A stretch of DNA of 64,000 nucleotides from Macrostomum lignano (Eukaryota), in the NCBI GenBank assembly GCA_002269645.1, contig NIVC01000027.1, positions 434,001-498,000 of the forward strand, written 5' to 3'. The first letter of the stretch is position 1; each line of letters begins with the position of its first letter. This document shows positions 31,850 to 43,336 of this stretch, one piece after another. The notes beneath the pieces were generated by a model, which worked only from the letters and a program-made list of their open reading frames with translations, made no database searches and was not told the DNA's origin. The translations under genes and the position numbers were made by a program.

Positions 31850-32745
31850 CTTTTATCCAGGTGATAATAATCTATAATTAGAGATCCCATTATCCAGGTG
31901 ATTTTAATAGTCTATAATTAGAGATCCCATTAACCAGGTGATAATAATCTATAATTAGAGATCCCATTAACCAGGTGATAATAATCTATAATTAGAGATC
32001 CCATTAACCAGGTGATAATAATCTATAATTAGAGATCCCATTAACCATGTGATAATAGTCTATAATTAGAAATCCCCATTATCCAGGTGATAATAGTCTA
32101 TAATTAGAGATCCCCATTATCCAGGTGATAATAATCTATAATTAGAGATCCCATTATCCAGGTGATAATAATCTATAATTAGAGATCCCATTAACCAGGT
32201 GATAATAATCTATAATTAGAGATCCCATTAACCATGTGATAATAATCTATAATTAGAGATCCCTTTATCCAGGTGATAATAATCTATAATTAGAGATCCC
32301 TTTATCCATGTGATAATAATCTATAATTAGAGATCCCTTTATCCAGGTGATAATAATCTATAATTAGAGATCCCTTTATCCAGGTGATAATAATCTATAA
32401 TTAGAGATCCCTTTATCCAGGTGATAATAATCTATAATTAGAGATCCCATTATCCAGGTGATAATAATTTATATTTAAAGATCCCCTTATCCAAGTGATG
32501 ATAATCTATAATTAGAGATCCCATTATCCAGGTGATAATAATCAGAGGTCCCATTAACCAGGTGATAATAATCTATAATTAGAGATCCCATTAACCAGGT
32601 GATATAATAATTTATAATTAGAGATCCCTTTATCCAGGTGATAATAATCTATAATTAGAGATCCCTTTATCCAGGTGATAATAATCTATAATTAGATATC
32701 CCATTAACCAGGTGATATAATAATTTATAATTAGAGATCCCACTA
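31850..32745. repeat. Minisatellite, ~37-bp unit ATAATTAGAGATCCCATTAACCAGGTGATAATAATCT
   Basis: About 24 copies between the 767-aa ORF and the spinster ATG. Confidence 0.95.
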
Positions 32746-33488
32746 TTCAGATGACAATATCTGTAATTAAAACTGACACTATCAAAATTAAAAGAAACTA
32801 CAAGCAAAATGTTTAACAAAACTTCAAACCAGTGCAACTTGTTTATTGACTTTTAACTTGCCAGCTGCAGGCTAATAATATAAAAACTGGGTTTAAATTA
32901 AGGTAATAAAGGCATACAGACAATACAGTGAGATTGTACATAACCATAACAGGTTCATTATCAAGGATCACTTAAAAGTAAGAGGTTGGGAACTTTATTT
33001 CTTGGAAAACTTTTAGAAATTTTACGTTACTCATAATTATCATAGCCATTGATTACGATTATGGAAGATTCTATAAAATGAGCCTTCAAAAACTTTTCCA
33101 AGAAATCCAAGAAGACAATAATTAAATTTATGGCAGATTGCAAATCAAGTTGCAGTAGAATGCAAGTTGAAATTGCACACAGGTGACACATCAATTGGAA
33201 TATAAAAATTCATTTTTAAAAAATAAACAATTTTGGTTGAACACTTTACACAGGCGCAAACTGCGAAATACAGGCAAAAATGCAATTAAGATTGTTGATA
33301 AATATTTTACCAAGAAAATAATTAAACTTAAATGCCAAATGGACTTTTGTTATAGGCTTAGGATACCTAATATTATAGAAAAACTTGCTTAATGGTAAAC
33401 AGCGGGAGCAACTATTGCCACTTTAATATACACCAATGCCTCGTCATCTAATTAGAGCTGCTTGGATACCATTGAGTGGAAACTTTAG

Positions 33489-35783
33489 TCAGCGATGCTG
33501 AGGCATAACGGAAGGTCGACGAAGTCCAGAAGGTCGCGCGGCGCCGCCTGCGGCTGATGGGCAGGGCAGGCGACTCAAGCGACTCTTTGGTTCTGCAGCT
33601 GCGCCTGCCGGAGCGACTGGAGGACGAAAATTGACCACTGGGCCTCGAAGCCGGGACTGCGGTTGCGGCTGGGAAAGAGCCGACTGATGAGGCGGAGGCA
33701 TCGACAGGCGAAGAGGCTGGGAAAGCACCGACTGGCGAGGCTGGGGAAGCGTTTGACTACGAGGAGGAAGCATCGATCGTTGAGACGCTGGCTGATGAAG
33801 CTGAGAAGCTGGCTGCTGAAGCTGGGAAACTCGTTGATGAAGCTGAGAAGCTGGCTGATGAAGCTGAGAAGCTGGCTGATGAAGCTGAGAAACTCGTTGA
33901 TGAAGTTGCGAAGCCGGCTGATGCAGCTGGGAAGCCGGTTTATAAAGCTGAGAAGCTGGTTGATGAAGTTGAGTAGCTGGTTGATGAAGCCGAGACGCTG
34001 AGTCTACAAACTTGGTTTCCGAATCTGCTTGCTTAACGGACGATTTTTCAGGCTCTGATCTTAAGCCCTCATTATGGGCTTTTTTAGACTCTTCGGGCTG
34101 TTCGATCTCAACCGGTGGGTTTTCGGACACGACTTTAAGTACCTCGCGTTGGGCAACTGTGGCTTCGGGCTCTGCTTTCAAGGAACCAGTCTCGATTTGT
34201 TGGTCTTCAAGCTCTGTTTCAAAACAATCCGGCTGAGAGTTAGTCGTCAATACTTCATATTCTTCTTGCGACACTTCAGGCTTTTCTATTGACTCTTCAG
34301 GCCTAACTGTTGAATCCTCAGGCTTAGCTGGTGAGTCTTCAGGCTTAGCTGATGAGACTTCAGGCTTAGCTGATGAGATTTCAGGCTTAGCTGATGAGAC
34401 TTCAAGCTTGGCTGTTGAATCTTCAGGCTTAGCTGATGAGACTTCAGGCTTAGCTGATGAGATTTCGGGCTTAGCTGATGAGACTTCAAGCTTGGCTGTT
34501 GAATCTTCAGGCTTAGCTGATGACACTTCAGGCTTAGCTGGTGAGATTTCAGGCTTAGCTGATGAGACTTCAAGCTTGGCTGTTGAATTTTCAGGCTTAG
34601 TTGATGAGACTTCAGGCTTGGCTGTTGAGTCATCAAGCTCAGCGGTTAAGACTTCAGGCTTATCTGCTGAGAGTTCAGGCTTGGTTGTTGATTCTTCAGG
34701 CTTGGTTGTTGATTCTTCAGGCTTGGTTGTTGATTCTTCAGGCTTGGCTGTTGAGACTTCAGGCTCACCTGATGAGACTTCAGACTTGGCTGTTGAGTCT
34801 TCAGGCTCATCTGATGAGACTTCAGGCTTAGTTCTCAAAACTTCAGGAAAATTCCCAGAAACTGTATGGCCAAGTTCAGGTCCATCAGGTTCTGTTGCCA
34901 AGACTTCAGACTGAGCTAAGGACTGTTCAAGTGGACAATCTGAGTCTTCAACTGCCATTTTCAAGACTGAATGCTGTTGCGCTGGCGATCGCAAAAATGT
35001 GGCATCAAGATTCGATAAACGCGACGGCAATGGCAAAGCAGGAGAAGCAATTATCGATTGCGACCGCTGCTGCGGCACCAGGGTTCTGTCCGCATCGTCA
35101 AATTCGGATATTGCAATCTCTTCATTATCCAGAAGCTCCTGCGGCGGCGGCGGCAAAGGCGGAGACATTGTGCCCACATCGGAGCTGACCGCATCATCCT
35201 CATTCTCGCATCTGGACTCATCATCGATTTCAACTTCAACTAGACGCGACATAGGCGGAGGAGACAGCGAAGATCTCGCCGTGGCGTAGGACGACCGACT
35301 GGAAGCCGACTGGCGAGTTGCTGGAATCGGCAAGGAGTTCAGCGGCGACAGCAAGTCTTTGTTCTCAGAACTGACAATCGGAGATTTCTTATCCTGATCG
35401 TTGGATTCAACTAAACAGAATGTTCGATTCAGGTCTTGTTCCGGTTTATCTAGAAGCCAACTGGGAGGTGGCGAATTCACCTGACTGTCGTTGAGTTCGT
35501 AGGTGCCTCTCCTGCGATGCTTCTGTTGTTGCGGCTGCTTGTTGGCAAAGCTCACCCGATTCCTGACAACCCGATTGTTGGCGCAATCTCTGCTAGCCAG
35601 AGGGTCTAACAGCAAATTATCAACAGCATTAGTATTGCAGTCCGCACTGGTGCAGCTGTCTGCAACATTATCGATTAGAGAAGCAACAAGATTTGCTTCG
35701 AGAAAGATTTCCAATCGCTCGTCCATGGACAGATGACCAGCAGGGCTGGCACTGGAGCTGTCATTTGTACCATTGGATGCCAT
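33489..35783 (-). CDS. Uncharacterised low-complexity protein (~764 aa) with 7-aa AKPEVSS and LHQPASQ repeats
   Basis: 2.3-kb open frame with a long non-repetitive N-terminal half; ATG at 35783 preceded by the acceptor TGTGTCCAG; no family recognised. Confidence 0.7.
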   Translation of the reverse strand: MASNGTNDSSSASPAGHLSMDERLEIFLEANLVASLIDNVADSCTSADCNTNAVDNLLLDPLASRDCANNRVVRNRVSFANKQPQQQKHRRRGTYELNDSQVNSPPPSWLLDKPEQDLNRTFCLVESNDQDKKSPIVSSENKDLLSPLNSLPIPATRQSASSRSSYATARSSLSPPPMSRLVEVEIDDESRCENEDDAVSSDVGTMSPPLPPPPQELLDNEEIAISEFDDADRTLVPQQRSQSIIASPALPLPSRLSNLDATFLRSPAQQHSVLKMAVEDSDCPLEQSLAQSEVLATEPDGPELGHTVSGNFPEVLRTKPEVSSDEPEDSTAKSEVSSGEPEVSTAKPEESTTKPEESTTKPEESTTKPELSADKPEVLTAELDDSTAKPEVSSTKPENSTAKLEVSSAKPEISPAKPEVSSAKPEDSTAKLEVSSAKPEISSAKPEVSSAKPEDSTAKLEVSSAKPEISSAKPEVSSAKPEDSPAKPEDSTVRPEESIEKPEVSQEEYEVLTTNSQPDCFETELEDQQIETGSLKAEPEATVAQREVLKVVSENPPVEIEQPEESKKAHNEGLRSEPEKSSVKQADSETKFVDSASRLHQPATQLHQPASQLYKPASQLHQPASQLHQRVSQLHQPASQLHQPASQLHQRVSQLQQPASQLHQPASQRSMLPPRSQTLPQPRQSVLSQPLRLSMPPPHQSALSQPQPQSRLRGPVVNFRPPVAPAGAAAEPKSRLSRLPCPSAAGGAARPSGLRRPSVMPQHR

Positions 35784-37766
35784 TCTGGACACAGCAAAAT
35801 ATCGATTAGCAGCTTGATTAATAACTTTTTAAAATGTCCAAAAATTATAAACCTCAGCAGTAACAACTGGATTAATTGAAACAAAATAATTTTTTTGAAT
35901 TATAAACTAAATTAAGTTTTAACTGCAATATATCTATTCCTTTTGAGAAAGAATTCTTGTTTCTAACAAGAATTTATTTCATTCTTCATAATGGGTATTA
36001 TTTTCATTTTACGTAACCTATTAAGTACTAAATAAACAGAAAATATATTAAGTTTTATTAGGCAAAAGAAAATATGAATAATACTTAAACTTTTCAAATA
36101 ATTCCAATTACTTATTCCTTATTACTCTTCCTAGATTTAAATGTATTGAGCATGTCATATAAGCTACCAAAGTTATTTTAGTTATGATAGTAAAGTAGCT
36201 TATATATATATTTCATATAAAGTTTAAAATTAAATTGGCCATGCAACTTTGTTTGGAATGAAAATACCATGTTTTACCATTTGTTTACTTTGTTTACCAC
36301 TTTGTTTACCATTTACTTACCCAAAAAACAGAAAAAAGTTATATAGTCAAAGAACATTGTATTATATAATAAACCTTATATGAATATTAAAGTAAACAAT
36401 ATATTCAATGTTATATAACAAGTAAATTAATCCCAATTGGAGCCAATTCCTATTTTCATAGATTTTGGCATATTATATTTGGAAAAAGCATGTTGGCACT
36501 TTGTACGTTTTGGAAAAATATATTTAAGTCACAGGACAAAAGAAATCAAGTATAGGAATATACATGCATACTTTTGGCCAACCTAGCCAATCCAGCCATT
36601 GTAATTTATAGTAGACCAATAGTAAGTTGAGAAAATGTCTATTAGTATATAGATATAGTACTAAATTAGATGACGGGACATTTAGGCTTATTAAGACAAT
36701 TATAATTGCCATAGTTTGGAAGGCAACATATACACTTTTAGGATTTCTTGCCATATAGCAAGGTCTTACTATTCTTCAACATACATTAGGTTATATCCCG
36801 GCATACATAGCACAGTAGATACATTGTGTCAAATGACAATTTTTTGTATTGGTACACAAACCTAGCGTACAAATGAGGTCTTGTCATTTTTTCCATTGTA
36901 TATGTATATATAGAAAAATTAGGAAATCTATATATATATAGATTTTAGAAAAAATATATAGATATAGATTTTATATATTTATAAACTTTAAGCTTATGTA
37001 CAAATCTATTTGCTATGGATTTCTGAACCACTCAACCAAATGATACCAAATTTTGTACCTATTTTTAAAAACATTAGGCCTAGCCTATAGAAAATGTCTT
37101 CAAAGCCATCAAAGGCTATGTACCATTGAAATTTCCTAAATTCAAGTCTTCCTACTTAAAACTAGGCCTACTAAAAAGTATATTTATATTTTTCTTTTAT
37201 CTTTCAGTGTTGCTCCACTTTTACTAATCAGTTTGAAATTTGAAAAAACCAATCTTAACTATTTCAATGCAATTATATAAAATTTTGAATCTGAAAGTGA
37301 TTCCTAAATGGTGATGTGCACTTTTGAAGCTAGCCTACTTTTTTTAGCAAGACAATTACCCTAACTTTTATTTCCTTTTCTTTTTTATCTAGCCTTAGTA
37401 TAAATAGGTTTTAAAATTAAATAACTTTTTGCTATTAAAGTTTGCTCCATATGATGCAATTGACTTGAAATTTGACACAATTTTTCATTGACTTGTTCTT
37501 AATCTAACTAAATTAAATTTATATAAAGTCTTAACTCTATAAATAACTCAATAAATTTTATTATATTTGAAGTGTTGGGGGTTATTGCTCACTATTGACT
37601 GCCTAGCTATTAAACCTTGACTCACTTTGTGGGCTGCTTACCATGCTAAGCGTGCACCCTATTCATGTGTATATCAATGCCTATACATAACATTTTTTAT
37701 TAGAGGCAAGGGGGTTATATGCACCCTGGCGCACTTTAAATGACATAACATACAACTGACAAGAGG

Positions 37767-40016
37767 CATTGCCCAAAATTTCTCCTCATGGCAATGACCC
37801 ATGGCAATGGCCGGCCATTGCCTAGAATTCCAATTCCAATGCAACCAATTAATTCAAGCCAGTTTTTATCCAGCATCTTGCAAAGCATATTTTGCATCAG
37901 TCAATTCAAAATGTTTATTTTAAGATGTAAATAATTAAACTGGCACAGGAATTGCAAAATCGACAGTACAAAAAGCACAGTGTCAGTGTATCATGTAAAC
38001 TTTTGTCGGTGATGAACATCATACTGGTCGTTAAAGTCACTAAATAAAAAATATTAAACTAGACTGTCATTCTTATTCTTTCAGTAATTCTACGAGTACA
38101 ATTTGCTGATTCCTGTAGAAGTAAAGATTGCATGCCTAATTAAAGGAACATCCGTGAAAGGTGCAATTGTTGAAGGCAAACTTCGTACCAACAGAATAGG
38201 CAGCTTCAGTGCTAACACTAACCTCCGTCGATACTGCAGTCTCACCGACGATCTCAACAGCATCAGCATGTTCGGGTGGCCCAGCTTCTTGCTCTAGATC
38301 ATGACGATTCAATGCCACCTGAACAGACTCACTCGTCTTTTGAAGCGACCGGTTGCGACGCTTGGCTAGGTACCTCCTAGTCGTTCGCTCGCTCAGCTGT
38401 CCAGTAATGCTCATTATATTGCTCATGCTGTGCCCTGCCGCCTCGAGATCGCATATTCGCGTGACCCTGTTTTAGAGTGCAAATTTATATAGTTGGATTC
38501 ATGAGTAATTGGTAACATAACATGTATCATAACATAATTAAAGTTACTATTATTAATTTATCAGTCTTACCGAATGCAATGATTTGTGTAGGTCTTCGCA
38601 AGTCCCGCCTTCATACTCAATTTTCTCATGAAGCCACTCAGATAATTCTCTCCACGGTTCTGCTTCGAGGAGAAAACAGGGCCTCCATCGTTGCGGCTGG
38701 CCAAAGGACGAGGAAACAGATTGTTGTCTTTCGTTGTAACTGGAAGCAGCTTGAGGTATTTCTCCACCTTTTCCACGTCGTAAATTCTGGCCTGCTTGTT
38801 GTCCGGCTGCTTCTTGGCCTTCTCTGGATCTGCTGACTTATTTTTCGAGGGCAACGGAGGCAGACAGTAGAACGGCTTTCCATCAGAGTCGACGTGCAAT
38901 TGAAGTGAGCTTCTATCCTTCAAGAACTTGAGGTGCTCCTGGCCTCGCTCGCCAAAGCTGTATATGATGTAGAATAAGAATTTGTCCTGCTCAACTTCAG
39001 CTGTGCTGCCTTGGAAGTAGATCATCAGCTTCCTCATGTCCCCCTCCTCGATTGGCTCAAACTGCTGCGTCCTCCCACCACTCTGGTGAAAGTCTCGAAC
39101 CTTCACACGCAGCATGCTATTTGCAGAAGAAAAGTCTTCTCCATTGATGATGTCAACGGTTAGCTTCTCAATCATCCACAAATAGTGCTGCAGTCCAGCC
39201 CTGATGCACACCAGCGATGCGGGCAAGTAAGGTTTGCCGTCAATCTTCTTCAGTTTAAAGTAGAAGTAGCGAATGTATTGGTTGAGCACCGAATTCGGAA
39301 TGGTTTGTAAATTGCGCTGAAGATTTTCCTCTGTGAGGAATGTCTTGAACCGCTGTCCATGGCTGATCATCTGCTTCCTGCTGTCTGCTGGTAGGCTGTC
39401 AATCTCGGCGATGTCCATGGCGCTGATATCTACGCCACCTTCCTGCAGGAGCGGCAGATGCTCATTGGGCTCGGGCTCCTTTTGAATGAATTCGAGAAAT
39501 CTAGCGAACTCATTGTCCCTTCTGTCATTGTAAGAAGCCTCCGAAACAAAATTCAATTTGTCCTTAGTCACGTTGCCCAGCTCACTGCAGGGCAAATGCT
39601 TCCAATTAATGAGCGGTGCCTCCATCTCTGCAGCCGTCCGCTTTTCTCTATCTGAGATTTGACCTCTAGACATGCAAATATTTATATTTGTAATTAATTT
39701 AGGGGTGGGTGCAGAGTAAGGGGTGGGTGACTTCAGGTGCGCGACTTAAAGGTGAGACATAGGCGAGGTGGAGGTAACCTTAGGCCTATCTCAAATCCCC
39801 TTAGAAGCATCGACTGATAAGAATTCAAGATAGTGTCCATAAAGTGCATAGATTACGTAAGAGTTTTGAAATTTTAAGCAATGGAGGGTTCATCGGAAGT
39901 CAGAGTTTAAGGCAATGGCCTTTGACACAAGCCATGGTAGCCGCAGAGTGGCGGTAGCCGCGAGTGTCAATTAGGCCATTGCCTTTAACTCTGACTTCCG
40001 ATGAACCCTCCATTGC
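37767..40016 (-). mobile_element. Crypton-type (tyrosine recombinase) DNA transposon, apparently complete
   Basis: Contains a spliced YR gene, interrupts a copy of the dispersed repeat, has a 6-bp direct repeat CATTGC at 37767-37772 and 40011-40016, and has terminal GCAATG/CATTGC motif clusters. Confidence 0.75.
38136..39673 (-). CDS. Crypton / DUF3504-like tyrosine recombinase, 477 aa, 1 intron
   Basis: Exons 39673-38571 and 38466-38136 (GT-AG intron of 104 bp; 1434 nt in frame). Motifs: YLPASLVCIRAGLQHYL, FGERGQE (R), YTNHCIR (HxxR), IMSITGQ, RRY (Tyr nucleophile). Confidence 0.88.
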
Positions 40017-40018
40017 TT
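39876..40018. repeat. Long inverted repeat / hairpin (~53-bp arms, ~35-nt loop)
   Basis: AAGCAATGGAGGGTTCATCGGAAGTCAGAGTTTAAGGCAATGGCCT matches the reverse complement of the 39973-40018 arm with 1 mismatch; TTGACAC/GTGTCAA extends the stem. Confidence 0.93.
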
Positions 40019-42895
40019 CCCATTCCACCAACTCCCCTGAGCAAGCATACAAGTGCATGGATATGTACATAGGTACTCACTCATATAGGGATGTATAGTG
40101 GCCCTAACTTTATTTTATTGTTAGGCATATATATTTCATTGCGCCTTAGGGGGAGGGTTGGCTTTCAAGGCCATTAATTGCAAGAGTAGAGCCAAGCCAA
40201 GATTCCAATTCAGTCCCAAATTAATGTGATTGCACTTGGAATCAAGCCTGGGTTACTGGAATACTAGAGCTTATGCTAGACTGCTAGGCTATGGCCCTCT
40301 TGCATACATAACATACTTTCTATTTTAACTTTTATTGATAACTCAAATATCATTTTATACCATTTTGTATTTATATAACTAAATCTAGCCTTTCTTTGTT
40401 GTGAATTTTTACTTAGCAAATAGATCAGTTTGCTGCATTATCATTCAAACTAAAATAAATTGTCTGTGTCGCATCAATATTTACCATATCATAGGCCTAG
40501 GCCTATGCAAATTAGAGTTTAAAGGATTTTTGTAACAAATTCTAATCTAACTTAATTAGATTTTGACTATTTTCTATTTTTTATGACTTAATATTTTAAG
40601 GACCTTGTCCTAGGCCATAATACTTCTTTTTTAAGGATTTATTATAAAATAAAAAACTAACATAAACATAAAATTGACTACTTAAGCCTACTTAGGTTAA
40701 GATTAGGACAACGTATATTGCATTGTTAGGGACTTAATTAAATTGTTAAATGTGATTTGATTAAATTTGATTAAATATTTGATTAAGTAAACCTTACTTG
40801 GACATTGCTTCATATAATGCCTTATAGATAGATACCTCAGACTTAGTTTTACTTTTAGTACTTAGTGTTACTTAGTGTCACTTATCAGTTTGGATACAAA
40901 ATACAGATGGAAACCTCCTAAGTGCCTGGCAAGTTAAAAAAGAGTAAGTTAAAATATTTGATAGGCTAACTTAAAATATATGAATACCAAATCCCCAGCC
41001 AGTAAAAACTTGAGTCCCAATCCCAAATGTATATGGTTTTGAATCCTTCAATCACGAAAGACATATGAATTTACGTCAGTTCTTATCCACCTCAGCTTAG
41101 AGTTAGGGCAAGCCCCTTTAGCCACGCAAGTACAGCAAGCAAGATGCCAGTCTCGTAAGTCTCAACCAGCGATTCTGCGAAAAAGATATTAATTTAAAAT
41201 TATAACGCGTTATAACAAATAATACATATTTTTATCGCTCAACAGGTTAAATATGCAAACAGACACCAAAATCATAATTTTCAAATATACTTAAAAATTA
41301 CATTTTTGAAACAATAGTTTTTCTTTTTGAAGATATCTTTAGCGTGGTGGAAACTATGCAGATTTTTAACTTATCTTTTTGTTCAGCTTAATTTAAGTTG
41401 CTGTCCTTAGCATGCTACTCTAATTGGAATGGTGCTTCACTGCTTTACCTTTTGAATAGCTAATATGTTACTAATGTGTAACTATTATGTAAGTTAAAAA
41501 GAACTTCATATTTACATAATACTTTAGGAAATAAATATTTCTCTCACCGATAGAAAACGGCGGTTAAGCTAACTTGAACTGATTAGCGTTAGCAACTGTT
41601 ATTTTATTATTGATTTTCCAATAAAATTTAATTAATTAAAGTTATTATTTTCAAATTTAACTATTTGAAAAAGCAAAGGCAAAGCAAAACGTTCTACTAA
41701 AAATATCTCACAAGTACGTTTAACGGTTCTTAACTCAGAAATTTATCAAGAGCTATTCCACTGTGGCATGTACTTTTTAGAAACAAAAACTTGTCTCTAT
41801 GTCTATGTGATTATAATAAAAAAAGAATAATAATAAAGAGTAAAGAGTAAAGAGTAATAAAGAGAGAATAAAGAATAATAAAGAGCTATTTTACTACTAA
41901 AACTAGTATACGTAACATTTTAAGTAGGACACAACCATTCGACTTTAAATGGGATTGTAAATATGTAAATAATTGCAAGTATTACAGTTTACTATTTACA
42001 GGCTTGTTCACACATCCACCTAATAAATGATTCTGAACTATTTGAGAACACATAGCTTGTTACAAGTTTTTCGTGGTTTTGCACAGCAGACGTTTAATTT
42101 GACGGTTAATTTCATGGCGCTTTCAAAAAGTAACAGAGTTTGATGACCCTAAATAAGAGGCAAGCGCGTGGAGGCAACACCCTTAAATGGACACTCGCCC
42201 CTCTACCACCAAGTTGGATGTTCATGGTGGGCTGTAGCTGTTTAATATACAACGCTGTTTAATGTTAATGTTTCATTCTGGCTTACTATAAAATTTACCA
42301 TCTCTCTGCATCTGCATTATCTATTTAATTATCTTCATTATCTAAGCACTACTACACCCGTAATAATTTATTTTGCTTGACATCTTAATCCGGTTGGATT
42401 CCTCTTTCTGAGACATTTAATTCACACTTATTGGTGCGATTCAATTTTGTACAGCAGATATTCAATTGTTATTGATTTTTTTACAGTTTCTTTGCCTTAA
42501 CATGTACGGTACCAATTTATTTTTTTCATTTACGAACTCCTAAACAGCTTTAAAGAATTTCCTGTTTTTTGTTGCGCCTCCACTGCTATTGGGAAGAGGG
42601 TGAATCAACGCGCATTTTTAAATACGAAAGGTCGGGAGTTCGATTCTCTCGAAGGTATAACAATTAATTTGATAAAATATGACACAAATTTTCCACCCTT
42701 TGTGTGTACAAACCGAATAACAATAGAAAGGTGAAGTTTGGAGAGAAGTTGCTGCAAAATGATTTGGAGCCAAGGCCTTCATTTTCATCAAAACAGTTGC
42801 AAGAAATAATTTTTTGAGCAAAAATCTCCCTTCAGAAGGCCATTATAGGCCTTTTTTCGATTAAGACTACAAAACACGATATTTAGCACAAAAAT

Positions 42896-43157
42896 TGATG
42901 TGTGTCGAGATTAAGATGACGAGCGGTGCAAGGTTATCGTTTATATTTGATGGTATAATCAGGAATCTTGAACGCATAGTTCTGGGCGGGGTCTTGAGGG
43001 GGAGAAGGGCTGAAACCGAGAGGAGCTCTGCGAAAGAAAGAGTATACTGCCATAGACTAACTAAACAGCAACAAAACGAAAGTTGAGCGAGCTTAAGTCA
43101 CATAGACAGAAAAACAATAATGCACTAAAGCTATAGGCTGAGCTCTGATGCACAACA
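42896..43157 (-). repeat. 3' LTR of the Mag-type element (262 bp)
   Basis: Identical to 47195-47456 by direct comparison. Confidence 0.95.
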
Positions 43158-43336
43158 TGTCCCCCTTACGGAACGAAGGGCGTGGGGCCGATATTCACGC
43201 ATACGCGCGTGAGCAACAATCATAGAAAGAACTATTCAAACTATCATATGTGGGAAACGACTATGCCAGAGCGTTATGTTAGGTATATGATTAAGTAGAG
43301 CAGTTTTTGTTATCTGAAGAATTGTCAGTGAGTCAA

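Noticed and set aside
442-32745. Regularly spaced short repeats as CRISPR arrays
   Set aside because: Units are head-to-tail with no unique spacers, there are no cas genes, and the context is eukaryotic.
36900-36990. AT-rich palindrome AAATCTATATATATATAGATTT
   Set aside because: Expected by chance around a (TA)n run in AT-rich DNA.
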